Shown here in pieces: positions 11,330-24,413 of a DNA stretch of 64,000 bases (its first letter is position 1; every line of letters begins with the position of its first letter). The DNA lies in NCBI RefSeq assembly GCF_032444005.1, contig NC_091283.1, positions 27,032,001 through 27,096,000 of the forward strand. The letters run 5' to 3'. The DNA comes from Ranitomeya imitator (Eukaryota). Position numbers and translations under genes: made by a program. The notes beneath the pieces are model-generated. The model did no database searches. It worked only from the letters and a program-made list of their open reading frames with translations, and was not told the DNA's origin.

Positions 11330-13066
11330 GACACTAGCATAAACGAGCCATCTCTGATTACAGGACGTAGAAATGAGATCTGCTACAGTCATTACCACCT
11401 GAAGGCCTGAAATTCGTGCCCCATGTAAGAGCATTTTTATTTTTACATTATAGATAAATGCCATCTCTCTTTAGGCAGCTGTAAATGTAAATGCTTTGTG
11501 TAACCTGCAGGTTTTTAGCTCCTTCTCTGCTTTCCCTGCGTAATTTGCTCCATGTCTGCTGAGTGTGCGGGTTCTTCGTGGTGTGATGTCAGAACTTTGC
11601 TATCTGTCATGAACCAATCAGATGTCTAACCCCCCCAAACCCATTTTACGCCATTTCACTAAAACATTGCAAAAGTGCAGCTGCAGCCCCCTTGTCCCTC
11701 AACTATGTCCGATTTATTGCACTTGATAGTTATTTGGTTACTTCAGAACATTTTGCAGGCAGGCCAAAGGGAACTACAGGTTATCTAAGGGAAAGAAGAA
11801 GCAGCTCGGTACAAACTAGCTAGTCTCCAAGGCAAAACATGAGAAATCCACCAATATGACTTATATCTGAGTTGCGTTAATGATGTTAAGTTTTTAGCGT
11901 TTTACAGTGGATGCTAGTTGTACTTATTACGTCCTTATGGAGAAAAGCTATTTTGCATACTGTTCTCAAGGAGTCTTTCTTTAAAGAGAAACTAAACTTT
12001 TATTATTTAATTATTGATCAATATTTGCAAAGTTATAAATTTTTCTGGTATTCGTTATTTTATTTTGCTTCCTTCTTTCCCAAACACCATGCTAAAAGTG
12101 TTGTTTTATTTGTGTAGTTCATGCTCCTTAAGGAGCTGCTTTGTACTGCTGCTGTAGCATGAATCTTTACTCCAGGGGTGTGGAACCTCACACCTGAGGC
12201 GGCCCTAGATGACCTTTTCTCGGGCCCCTGGCAGTGAACAGCATTTGCATAAAGTTTCTTGCTAGAGCAGCAGTTCAAAGCAACTTCTGAAAGAGCAATA
12301 ATTAAAATGTAACTAAACTTTTTTTTGTTTGTTTGTTTTTTTATTTAGGACCATTATCCTGCTTTCTGTTATACAGGACGGTCCATCTGTGACTCTTATC
12401 AGTGATATTCAAATGTCACAAATAACTCTTTGCAGCAGTTGTAAAATTAGATGTTCTTTACTAGTCAGGAATCAAGAGTATATTCATAACTGATTTTTAT
12501 ATTAAAAGAATAAAATAAAACAGTGATGATGGAATTTCCTTAAATTGGGTTTTCTCCATCTCTTTAATCAAAGATAACTAGTTTCTGCCTTTACACATAC
12601 AAATATATTTATCTATACTGAATGTCCTATTAAGCTCACAGCAATGTGGTTACTTTCAAGGGAATCTTGATATTTACTTCATTCAGCCCCACGATGTGTC
12701 AGATTTAAGATGCCGATTAAGGGCTCTTAACTTACAGTGCAAGCAATGCCCTTGTTACATTGACCGGCATCATCAATCCCCAATACCTCTCCACCCACCT
12801 CTTCATTTCAGTACCTACAACTGAAAAGCAGAAAAGGGCTGAAACCAACTATGAAGATGTTTTCATACAAGAATAACACCTCCGTCTACATTATATTATG
12901 GAATAAGTGTTGAACACTGACATGTGACACAAATATGGAATAACTATATATAAATATATAGTGATATATACATATATGATTATATATGTATATAGTGATG
13001 TGTTATACCACCTCTCTACTCTTCCCACCTGGACCCCAATCTTGCGCCCCCTAGCGGGGCTGGTAC

Positions 13067-13657
13067 CTGAACTCTGACCCCTGCCGGCTGAACTCGTCGC
13101 TGTAGCTGTGACTGTGCAGCATGTGCTTTCCGGAGCTTAAATCCTCACTCTTGCTGTAGCCATGGAATGGGGCAAAGGCATCAGCGCCCGGGTCCGGCCG
13201 ATGAGGAGCGGGGTGTGAGGGTGGTGCAGCTGGGCCATCGGGGGCCATGTGGAAGAGCGGGTTCTGGAAGGACAAGGGAATGCGCAGCTGCTGAGCTGAA
13301 AGCCCATCGGTAGTTACTCCCATCTGACTGAGCCGCAGACCAGCCGCAATACTAGACCCACTGCCCTGGGAGAGCCGGCCCCCTGGGCGAAGTCCCCCGG
13401 ATATAGAGGCCTGGCTGGAGTTGAGCAGGTCCCCTACAGCTTGCAAGTTGGACACACTGTTCATGCGGCTGTCCTGCAAGTCTAACATGGAAACACTTTT
13501 GTTCACGCTCAGCATCTTCTGGTCCGGCTCGGTGATGTCTGAGCTGCTGGTGCAATATGCAGGTGAAGAACGGGTGAGAGGGCGACGCGACACAAAGAAC
13601 ATATCCTTGGAGGACTTGTCCTTGGTCGGTGAAGGTAGACGAGTCATGTCAATGGAA
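13067..13657 (-). CDS. SYNGAP1: SYNGAP1 exon (5' part of human exon 15 equivalent): disordered C-terminal region
   Basis: ttccgtag|T TCC ATT GAC ATG ([12 protein letters not shown]...[15 protein letters not shown]...[16 protein letters not shown]) AG|gtacca; 591 nt. Confidence 0.93.
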
Positions 13658-13928
13658 CTACGGAAAGAGAAACATGAAAATGAGGATAACTAGTAAAGTA
13701 ACATGACAGGATGAGAAATTGATTCATAAAATGCAATGAGACAAGAGGTCAAGAGAATTCTTTCTGTGTGATCGAAACCTTATAAAATAAGCTAATGCAA
13801 TGGACTTTGATCACATAGGTGCATGTTCAATCACAACTTGGTAGAGAATGATATAACCGCCTGCTGTTTTTGTGCAGGTGAGTTTTATTATTGTGAAAGT
13901 ATTAAATATGATGGCCTTCTACACACAC

Positions 13929-14107
13929 CTGTTGAGGTCTCGCACCAGATAGCTCTGAAGCTCTGCTGATGGCCCCCTCAGGACGACAGGTTTGGGAGGT
14001 GGGAGCCTTTCTTGATGACTTGGTTGACGCTGGATGTGGGGGTTCCTGAGCGCTAGGCTGATGTCGTTGAGAAGGCGAGGGAGGGGCCCCAACTTTATAA
14101 GAGCATC
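13929..14107 (-). CDS. SYNGAP1: SYNGAP1 exon (about human exon 13)
   Basis: gagcag|GAT GCT CTT ([23 protein letters not shown]...[19 protein letters not shown]) AG|gtgtgt; 179 nt. Confidence 0.93.
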
Positions 14108-14351
14108 CTGCTCCAATAGTTGTAAAAGGGTAAAACACATATCAATGACATGAGGCTTTCAGATACCAACGCTACTATACTCTAATGAAACTGGATGTCC
14201 AGCAAATTACATATAATAGTATAGTACCATATATTATATAGCATATAATAGTATTGTACGTTATGTAACACAGTACATGCATTTCAATATAAGGAATAAA
14301 AAAACACACATCCAGCCCTGCATCTTCTGCCATAAATATCCTTATACTTAC

Positions 14352-14553
14352 TTTACTGAGCTGGGGAATCACTTCCCATAACAGGGCATGTAAAGTACTC
14401 AGCTCCCGCCCCAGGTCGATGTAGCCCTCAAAGTTGCTGCTGTTGGTCAGCGCATCAAGATTGGAGATCTCATATAGGAAATTCTGCATATTGGCCAACT
14501 CCGTCTCCAGAAACTCATTCATGAAGGACATGTGCTCTTCCTTACTGCTGAAT
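14352..14553 (-). CDS. SYNGAP1: SYNGAP1 exon (about human exon 12): RasGAP C-terminal part
   Basis: catcag|A TTC AGC AGT AAG ([16 protein letters not shown]...[24 protein letters not shown]) AAA|gtaagt; 202 nt. Confidence 0.95.
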
Positions 14554-14841
14554 CTGATGACAGCCAAAACTCAGTATTAATCTACATGACAAAACTTGAA
14601 GGACCAAGTTACTAAAGCAGTCATCCATCATTCAGTGTGAGCTAATTATTATGCAGATGTGTAAGTAGTCAGGACTTATTTTTATTGTAATGTTCTAAGT
14701 TGTCATTAGAGTTTCTAGGTTGCTGTGAGGTTGGCAGTATCTCACCCCAATAAACGGGTAAGTCTCTCACCCCAATAAACGGGCCAGTCTATGTTCCACT
14801 TTCTCTCCCTGTGCCATTCCCAACCCCTGGCCCCACTCTCA

Positions 14842-15105
<264 letters not shown>

Positions 15106-15451
15106 TTAAGAAAACACAACTTAAAAAATGATTAAAGTGCACCTCTCATCTACACACACTGAAGGCCGTGTCTATACCAAATTTGCTTTTAGTTAGTAGC
15201 GGACTTCATTATAGGTGCTAGGTACACTTTAAATGTAAAAGAAAAGGAAGCGGGAACACAGACTAACAAAGAGAAGGAAAATAGTTGTGAAGGCGAATAC
15301 AGTAGAAGTACAAGGATGGGAAACACAGAGGGGAAAGGACATTGTAACAGCACGAAGAGGGACAGGAGAGAAGTCAAATGTAATGGATAATGACTAACAT
15401 ATAATGTCTTATTCTGTTCCTGGAAATGACATCACATGACCAGACACTGAC

Positions 15452-15596
15452 CAATGGGAGTTGAAGACTTTGCAAAGCGCAAGTTCGCAGCACATCCTGA
15501 GATTGGCCTGGTGATCGGGCAGGGCAGAAGGCGGACAACGCATGGGGTCAACCTCGCAGTCCTCCTCTGATTCATACAGAGCCCGAATAAACTCAC
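15452..15596 (-). CDS. SYNGAP1: SYNGAP1 exon (about human exon 10): RasGAP
   Basis: cgaaag|GT GAG TTT ([18 protein letters not shown]...LCKVFNSH) TG|gtcagt; 145 nt, preceded by an 87-bp intron. Confidence 0.95.
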
Positions 15597-15683
15597 CTTT
15601 CGAAGGAGAATTAACAACATTAAGAAACATTGGGCATATGTAAAGATGATTTCTGCATACGTTTGAAGAAAGAACAGATTTAC

Positions 15684-15828
15684 CAATGGCTTCCTTGAGG
15701 TATCTCTGTCCTATCAGTTTCAGATATTCCTCTATGGCTTTAGTTGCAAGTGTGTTCTCACGGAGAATAAGGTGCTCTCTATCAAGGAAGCGATCAACCT
15801 CTGTCATAGCCATATCCGAGAGGAAGTC
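15684..15828 (-). CDS. SYNGAP1: SYNGAP1 exon (about human exon 9): RasGAP arginine-finger region
   Basis: cttctcag|GAC TTC CTC TCG ([48 protein letters not shown]) G|gtaaat; 145 nt. Confidence 0.95.
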
Positions 15829-16296
15829 CTGAGAAGAAACACATAGACTTTTCTGGCTGTAGGATATGCTGCCAACACGTCACATAGCAAGTAAAGAGTT
15901 ATTTAGTAAAATCTAATACTGAGTCCTGATGGGAAATGACCTAAATAACAAAGGAAATGAACTGAAAGGATAAATCTATCCAAGGTGGCCTCACTCTTGT
16001 GTCAAAACCTGCCCATATACATGAGACAACCGACAGCTGAAGGATCACATGGCTGATTCACATTCACCTTGATGATATCATGCTAGATGGACATGATATA
16101 AGAAGGAATTCAGATAAGTCCCACATCATGGAGGAATCAAAGGAAAAAAAAACAAATCTGCTCAATTACATTCTAGATTGGAAATGGAGGGCATATATCG
16201 TCTCTGTCTCTGTATTGGCCAGTGTTGCTAAGGCTATTTTACTAATTAAAATCAGTAAACGTTTATTCCAACATAATTTTTAATGGTGATTAAGAC

Positions 16297-16680
16297 TCAT
16301 CTCTTCTTCCCACAACTTCTCCCGTGCTTCCCCCATACTTCGGAACTCTCTACCACAACACATCAGACTCTCGCCTACAATAGAAACCTTCAAAAAGAAC
16401 CTGAAGACTCACCTCTTCCGACAAGCCTACAGCCTGCACTGATCCTCAACCTACTGAACTGCCGCACAACCAGCTCTACCCTCTCCTAGTGTATCCTCAC
16501 ACATCCCCTGCAGACTGTGAGCCCTCGCGAGCAGGGTCCTCCTTCCTTATGTACCTGTGTGCCTTGTTTTTTGCTCATGTTTAGTTGTATTTGTCTATAT
16601 TTTCTCCCTTTTCACATGTAAAGCGCCATGGAATAAATGGCGCTATAAAAATGTACAATAATAAAATTATAATAATAACA
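16297..16680 (+). mobile_element. L2-clade LINE 3' fragment
   Basis: Encodes the ORF2 end TFKKNLKTHLFRQAY, followed by the same 3' UTR and (TAA)-rich tail as the other copies. A shorter 3' end lies at about 16918-17017. Confidence 0.8.
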
Positions 16681-17846
16681 TCTTGTACAATGTATAGCCA
16701 TGCCTGAGGTCTTCCTCCACCGCAGATACTACGATTACCCCAATAATGCTGTCGGCCACAGTCCCAGGTAGGTGAAAAGACTGAAGTAAATTACGGTAAG
16801 TAACATCATACAGAAACTACTTCTGCCACTACCTCCTTAATCTTATTATCAGTCAAAAGATTTGTCGAGGATTAGAGGAAAACAGCATCACCACTTGTCC
16901 ATAGGTACTGATGGGGAATCTAGATTGTGAGCCCCATCGGGGACAGCGATGTTAGTGTGCAAACTGTAAAGTGCTGTGGAATATGTTAGCGCTATAAAAA
17001 ATAAAGATTATTATTATAGGTTGTGTGTGGTATTGCAGCTTATTATTTACTCGGATAAGGCGTTCTCTGTGCACGCTCGTGTGTTAACCGAGTATCTTCG
17101 GTAGGCTTGAAATATATGTTTGAGTCCCCGTGGCTGCATGTCTCGTGGCTGTTTGATAGCTGCAACACATGCAGGGATTGCCTAACAACCGAGAACGTTT
17201 GCTCATCACTATACTGCTGTAGAGTGAAGTTGCACCACCAGACACAATCTGAACACATACGTGGCATTGTTTTTGGAAGAAGGCTGACATGTTTTTCAAA
17301 TCCTGGGCAACCCTACCAACTGTTTTTGACACACGTTCTTGTATGTAACATCAGACAATGCTCACTCCAACCTGTTTATTTTTAATCACCCAAACATGAT
17401 TTTCTAGTAACTTGATGAACTGAAAGAGCTTTTAGAACCATCACAAAGGTGGAATATCAAACCTCACATCACAAAAAATTCAGTACACTGAGCTAACTAG
17501 AAGCAGGCGAGATCTCTGCAGTAACCAGCCAGATACAAAGCTGGAGGAGTCAATACTGCAGTCAATATCTAGAAAACAACCTTTGTGTCAGCTAAAAGTT
17601 CAGCCTCCACCTTCTAAAAAGTATTGAATAATTCAGCAATGCTTTAATGTGACAAAACATCTTGCCTTATCTCAAAGATATGATAGTGTGCAGCTGTACA
17701 ATCTCTACCATCAGATTTGTGTCTAAAAGTAGTGACTGTGTGATAAATGGAGTTTAACCCCTTTACTTTAAATTTTACAATTCTGACCATTATCACTTTA
17801 TGTGGTAATAACTCTGGAACGCTTCAATGGATCCCACTGATTCTAA

Positions 17847-18885
17847 GGCCATGTTCACACTGCGTTTTTTACTGCGGTTCCGCAGCTGTTTTCCATGCAG
17901 GGTACATAACAATGTAACCCTATGGAAAACAGTCACTGCTGTGCACATGATCCGTAATTTCGTTTAAAAAGCCGCGCAGAATAGCTGCGGCAAAAAAGAA
18001 GGAGCATGTCACTTCTTTTTCCTGAACCGCAGCGGTTCTGCACCCATAGACCTCCATTGTGAGGTCAAAATCGCAGTAAAACCCGCAGATCAAAAATATA
18101 TCTGCGGGTTTTACTGCGATTTGATGTGCAGAACCGCTGCAGCAGGAAGTGCGGGGGAGCGGGCGGAAGTGCGTGGGCGGAGTGTGGCTGCCCCCCGTGC
18201 TCCGATCCCGCCCCCCGTGCTCCGATGCCCCCCCCCGTGCTCCGATGCCCCCCCCCCAGTGCTCCGATGCCCCCCCGTGCCCTAATCTCCCCCCCTTATA
18301 CTTAGCCGGCGTCCCGGTGTCCGTCCGGCCGTCTTCTCCCTGGGCGCCGCCATCTTGCAAAATGGCGGGCGCATGCGCAGTGCGCCCGCCGAATCTGCCG
18401 GCCGGCAGATTCGCTCCAAAGTGCATTTTGATCACTGAGATATAACCTATCTCAGTGATCAAAATAAAAAAATAGTAAATGACACCCCCCCCCCACTTTG
18501 TCACCCCCATTGGTAGGGACAATAAAAAAATTAAGAATTTTTTTTTTTTTTTCACTAAGGTTAGAATAGGGGTAGGAGTAGGGTTAGGGTTAGGGGTAGG
18601 GGTAGGGTTAGGGGTAGGGTTAGGGGTAGGGTTAGGGGTAGGGTTAGGGTATTTTCAGCCATTTTAGCCTTAAAAAGCTTCCTAGGAAACACACAGTCTC
18701 TGCATAGAAAACTGCATAAAAAAAGGATAAAAAAACGCATCAAAAAACGCATCAAAAAACGCATCAAAAAAGGACAAAAAAAGGACCAAAAAAAGGACCT
18801 GCGTTTTCTGCCAAGAGCTGCAGTTTTTAAAAAAAAACTGTCCTGAAAAAAAAAGGATGGAAATCCTGAACGTGTGAACATACCC
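17847..18885. mobile_element. PIF/Harbinger-type MITE with a GC-rich palindromic core and a telomere-like tract
   Basis: TIRs ggccatgttcacac and gtgtgaacataccc, TSD TAA/TAA, (TTAGGGGTAGGG)n at about 18560-18650. Confidence 0.85.
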
Positions 18886-19766
18886 TAAGACTGTTTTTTC
18901 GTGACATATTGTAGTGCATGAAAATGCTAAAATTTATTCAATATGACTTGTGTTTATTTGTGGGGGAAAAAAAAACCAGAAATTTGGTGAAAATTTTCAA
19001 AAACTTAATTTTTATGCCCTTAAATCAGAATGTTACGTCACATAAAATAGTTAATAAATAACATTTCCCTCATGTCTACTTTACATGAGTACAGTTCTTG
19101 AAGCATAATTTTTTTGTTTGTTAGGATGTTAGAAGGGTTAAAAGTTGACAAGCAATTTTCATTTTTTCAACAAAATTGGCAAAACCATTTTTTTTTTAAT
19201 TTGAAGTGACTTTGAGGGGTCTATGAGAGAAAATACCCCAAAGTGACACCATTATAAAAACTGCACCCCTCAAGGTGCTTAAAACCGCATTTAAGACGTT
19301 TATTAACCCTTCAGGTGCTTCACAGGAATTTTTAGAATGTGGAAGGAAAAAATTAACATTTACCTTTTTTTCACAAATTTTTTTACTTTAGACCCAAATT
19401 TTATTTTCACAAGGGTAACCGTAAAAAAGGACCACAAGGTATGTTGTGCAATTTCCCCTGAGCATGCCATACCCCATGTGTGGAGAAAAAAATGGGTGCA
19501 TGGCAGGGCTTGGAAGGAAAGGAGCGCCATTTTACTTTCTGAATGCAAAATTTGCTGGAATAATTAGCGGACGCCATGTTGCATTAGGATAGCCACTGAT
19601 AAATGTGAGCTGAGCCTTTCTGCGATTTGTGGGAGACAGAATGAACACATCAACAGCAGGTGAAGAATTAGTTTTATTCATTTTTTACACACCGTTCCTC
19701 GTGCAGTATAAGTGATAAGGCGACTTTATTCTTCGGGTCGGTGTAATTACAGCGATACCAGATTTA

Positions 19767-21546
19767 CAGTGCCTTGCGAAAGTATTCGGCTCCCTGGAAC
19801 TTTTCAACGTTTTCCCACATATGCTTCAAACATAAAGATACCAAATGTAAATTTTTGGTGAAGAATCAACAACAAGTGGAACACAATTGTGAAGTTGAAC
19901 AAAATTTATTGGTAATTTTAAATTTTTGTGGAATTTCAAAAACTGAAAAGGGGCGTGCAATATTATTCGGCCCCTTTAACTTAATATTTTGTTGTGACAC
20001 CTTTTGCTGCGATTACAGCTGCAAGTCGCTTGGGGTATGTCTCTATCAGTTTATACATCGAGAGACTGAAATTCTTGCCCATTCTTTCTTGGCAAACAGC
20101 TCGAGCTCAGTGAGGTTACATGGAGATCGTTTGTGAACAGCAGTTTTCAGCTCTTTCCACAGATTCTCGATTGGATTGAGGTCTGGACTTTGACTTGGCC
20201 ATTCTAACACCTGGATACATTTATTTGTGAACCATTCCATTGTAGATTTTGCTTTATGTTTAGGATCATTGTGTTGTTGGAAGACAAATCTCCGTCCCAG
20301 TCTCAGGTCTTTTGCAGACTCCAACAGGTTTTCTTCAAGAATGATCCTGTACTTGGCTCCATTCATCTACCCATCAATATTAACCATCTTTCCAGTCCCT
20401 GCTGAAGAAAAGCAGGCCCAAACCATGATGCTGCCACCACCATGTTTGACAATGAGGATGGGGTGTTCAGAGTGATGAGCTGTGTTGCCTTTACGCCAAA
20501 CATCTCGTTTGGTATTGTTGCCAAAAAGTTTGATTTTGGTTTCATTTGACCAGAGCACCTTCTTCCACGATTGGTGTGTCTCCCAGGTGGCTTTTTGCAA
20601 ACTTTAAACAACACTTTTTATGGATATCTTTGAGAAATGGCTTTCTTCTTGCCACTCTTCCATAAAGGCCAGATTTGTGCAGTGTACGACTGATTGTTGT
20701 CCTATGGACAGACTGTCCCACCTCAGCTGTAGATCTCTGCAGTTCATCCAGAGCAGTGTTTCCCAAACTCCGGTCCTCACGGACCCCACAGGTCATGTTT
20801 TCAGGATTTCTTTAGTATTGCGCAAGTAGTGGAAGTATCATCAAGGCATCAGGAATTGTCTCACTTGTGCAACACTATGGAAATCCTGAAAACATGACCC
20901 ATGGGGTCCGTGAAGACTGGAGTTTGGGAAATACAGATCTAGAGTGATCATGGGCCTCTTGGCTGCATCTCTGATCAGTCTTCTCCTTGTTTGAGATGAA
21001 AGTTTAGAGAGACGGCCGGGTCTTGGTAGATTTGCAGTGGTATGATACTCATTCCATTTCAATATGATCGCTTACAGTGTTCCTTGGGATATTTAAAGTT
21101 TTGGAAATCATTTTATATCCAAATCCGGCTTTAAACTTCTCCACAACAATATCACGGACCTGCCTGTTGGGTTCCTTGGTCTTCATGATGCTCTCTGTGC
21201 AGGTGCATTTATAAGGAGACTTGATTAAACCCCGGTGGATTATATTTATCATCATTAGGCATTTAGGACAACATTGGATCATTCAGAGAACCACAATGAA
21301 CTTCTGGAGTGAGTTTGCTGCACTGAAAGTAAAGGGGCTGAATAATATTGCACGCCCCACTTTTCAGTTTTTGAATTTCCACAAAAATTTTAAATAACCA
21401 ATAAATTTCGTTCAACTTCGCAATTGTGTTCCACTTGTTGTCGATTCTTCACAAAAAATTTACATTTGATATTTTTATGTTTGAAGCATGATATGAGGGA
21501 AAAGGTTGAAAAGTTCCAGGGAGCCGAATACTTTCACAAGGCACTG
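19767..21546 (-). mobile_element. Tc1-like transposon (long-TIR type), degenerate DD34E transposase
   Basis: TA|cagtgccttgcgaaagtattcggc ... gccgaatactttcacaaggcactg|TA. ORF pieces [32 protein letters not shown]...[15 protein letters not shown]. Confidence 0.92.
20754..20936. mobile_element. hAT-Charlie-type MITE inserted in the Tc1 transposase
   Basis: TIR cagtgtttcccaaactcc. The 8-bp TSD atccagag/atctagag resembles the NTCTAGAN Charlie target. Confidence 0.8.
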
Positions 21547-22079
21547 TATATTGGATTTTTCCATTTGGCCGCTGTCACACACTAAAAGATGCTTTTTTTT
21601 TTTTTTTGCAAAAACTTTTGCATTGCCATATTTTGAGAGCTATAATTTTTTCCATATTTTCGCCAACAGTCATGTGAGGACTTGTTTTTGCAGGACGAGT
21701 TCACATTTTTATTGGTACCATTTTCAGCCACATGACATTTTTAATCGCTTTCTATTCCGATTTTTGGGAGGCAGAATGAACAAAATCCAGCAATTGAGGA
21801 TTTTTTTTTAGTGCTAATCTATGTGTGTTAAAATTGATAAGGCAGCTTTATTCATCAGAACGATTACAGTAGTACCACATTTATATTTTTTTATGTTTTG
21901 GCGCTTTTACACAATAAAAACTATTTTATGGAAAAAATAATTATTTTTGCATCGCTTTATTCTGAGAGTTATAAGTTTTTTAGTTTTCCACTGATGGAGC
22001 TGAATGGCAGCTTTTTTTTTTTAAGGACAAGATGACGTTTCCAGCGGTGCCATTTTTATTTACGTTCATCTTTTTTATT

Positions 22080-22230
22080 TTATTATTTATTATTATAGCG
22101 CCACTTATTCCATGGCGCTTTACATGTGAGGAGGGGTATACATAATAAAAAACAAGTACAATACTCTTAAACAATACAAGCCACGACTGGTACAGGAGGA
22201 GAGAGGTCCCTGCCCGTGAGGGCTCCTATC
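22080..22230 (-). mobile_element. L2-clade LINE 3' end
   Basis: (tta)n-tagcgccacttattccatggcgctttacatgtgaggagggg... is the reverse complement of the 39930-40148 copy. Confidence 0.75.
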
Positions 22231-23254
22231 TATTTTTATTTTTTGCAGTGTTCGCTGAAGATGTTAACTAGTGGGACAGTTTTATAGGTCGGGTCGTTCC
22301 AGAAGTGGCAATACCAAATATGTGTACTTTTATTGTTAATTTTATCATAAAAATATTTATGAGTACAAAATATATATATTTTTTAAATATTTTGTGATTT
22401 TTTCTTTTTTTTTAAATATTTTTCCAATTTTTTTTTATTTTGTCCCACTATGGGACTTTCACGTTTTACAGTCTGACTACTTGTAAAGCATAGGAATGCA
22501 GTGATTTCGATCACAGTATTTAGGGGGTTATAGTGCTGGGAGCGGTGCGGGGACCACTCCTGACACTCGGCGGTGATCGCATGCTCACAGCTACTTTTTA
22601 TATTAAATAGGTTGTCCTTGACTCAATAAATTCATTAATGACTTCTCCATAGGAACAGTAATTAAGTTATGATCAATGGTGCTGCAATCATGCAGTACCC
22701 CACTGCATGACCACCACTCCATTCACTTCTGTAAGGTCTATGGGAACAATAGTGAGCATGTGTGATGACCGTAGACTGTGAAGAGTGGTGGTCAGACATG
22801 TTGCTTGAATCAGATTGGTCTTTTAAAGAATATGGATACATATGGAGCATTTCTTTATATCAGTTATATGCATGTATTTTGTGGAAAAAATTTTTTTGTA
22901 AGGGTATGTGCACACCTTGCAGATTTGCCTGTGGAATTTTCTGTGCAGATTCTTCCCTCTCTTGCCAGAAAATGCAGGTGCGGATTTGCTGCGTTTTTGA
23001 TGCGGATTTGTCTGCGTTTTTGTAACCTAAATAAAGCTAATATACTTTAAAAAAAAAATAATAATTGTGATGTAATTTCTTGTCGAACCTCTTTATTTAC
23101 ATACTCCATTGAAGAATACTGTTTACATAGATAGATAGATAGTTGGAAGATAGATAGATGATAGATAATAGATAAATACCAAGCCCAATGTTTAGTAATA
23201 AACATAATAAAATGGTACATAGAGTTAAAGACACACACACAAAAAATCTGCGTT

Positions 23255-23432
23255 GGCCGGGGTCACACTTGTGAGAAACTCGTACAAGTCTCACACCTCA
23301 ATAACCGTCACTCGAGACTGGAGCGTGCATGTATTTCTATGTAGCTGAACGCTCCGGTCCTGAGTGACGGCAGCAGTGCTGGGTATTGAAGTGCAAGACT
23401 CGTACGATTTTCTCGCAAGTGTGACCCCGGCA
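23255..23432. mobile_element. Small Harbinger-type MITE nested in the 22902-27658 element
   Basis: TIRs ggccggggtcacactt and aagtgtgaccccggc; palindromic body. Confidence 0.75.
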
Positions 23433-24368
23433 TTAAACACAATATCCGTTTAATTTAAAAAAAAATAAATGGAGAAAAAAAAATTGCGTGGGCTCCCGCA
23501 CAATTTTCAAGCTCAGGGAGGGAAAGCCAGCGACTAGGGGCCGATATTTGCAGCCTGGGAAGGGGTTAATACCCATGGAGCTTCCCAGGCTATGAATATC
23601 AGCCCGCAGCTGTCTGTGTAGCCTTTACTGGCTATTAAAATAGGGGGACCCCCCTAAAAAAGCAACGTGGGGTCCCCCTAGAATTTATAGCCAGAAAGGT
23701 TAGGCAGACAGCTGCGGGCTGATATTCATAGCCTAGACAGGGGCAATGGATATTGCCCCCCGGCTACAGATACCAGCTCCCAGCCGCCCCAGAAATGGCA
23801 CCTATTCCGGCACTTAGCCTCTCTCTTCCCACTGCCCTGTAGCGGTGGCGTATGGGGTAATAAGGGGTTAATGTCACCTTTGGATTGTAAGTCTATAAAG
23901 ACACAGATGATTGGCCTCGGGGAGACCAAAACATCCAACACCGCGGAGACACCATCACGTGTTTCTCAACGCAGTGATTCCAGAACACTGCCCCCATCCC
24001 TTATGGGAAATATGCAGATGCATGTAAAGAAGCTGCGGAGACACCATCACGTGTTTCTCGACGCAAGCAGTGAATAGCCAGGCCTTTCCCCGGGAAGGAA
24101 CAACCACGGGAAGGGCAGCATCCTATGAAGGAAAGCCACCTATGCCAAGCATGGTATCCATCCACAGACAGCTGTTTCGGGGTTTCTTTACATGCATCTG
24201 CATATTTCCCATTCCCATAAGGGATGGGGGCAGTGTTCTGGAATCACTGCGTTGAGAAACACGTGATGGTGTCTCCGCGGTGTTGGATGTTTTGGTCTTC
24301 CCGAGGCCAATCATCTGTGTCTTTATAGCCTTTTTACTAGGCACTGCTCCTAATAGCCAGATTCCTAC

Positions 24369-24413
24369 TCCACACTGATGAGGGGCAAAAACCCCGAAAC
24401 AGCTGTCTGTGGA
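24369..24413 (+). ncRNA. Type I hammerhead ribozyme, unit 1 (predicted cleavage after 24407)
   Basis: TCCACA-CTGATGA-GGGG-CAAAAA-CCCC-GAAA-CAGCT-GTC-TGTGGA. Confidence 0.92.

Larger units (their letters stand above)
17755..22590. mobile_element. piggyBac-like non-autonomous element (reverse orientation to the 1-3099 copy), host to nested insertions; right end truncated or uncertain
   Basis: Starts TTAA|ccccttta. 17770-17845 and 18890-19330 are reverse complements of about 2500-3050, and 21560-22050 is the reverse complement of about 250-720. Confidence 0.7.

Noticed and set aside
17920-18881. 211-aa and 106-aa ORFs (GGASEH repeats, TLTLPL repeats)
   Set aside because: They are translations of GC-rich tandem and telomere-like repeats inside a MITE.
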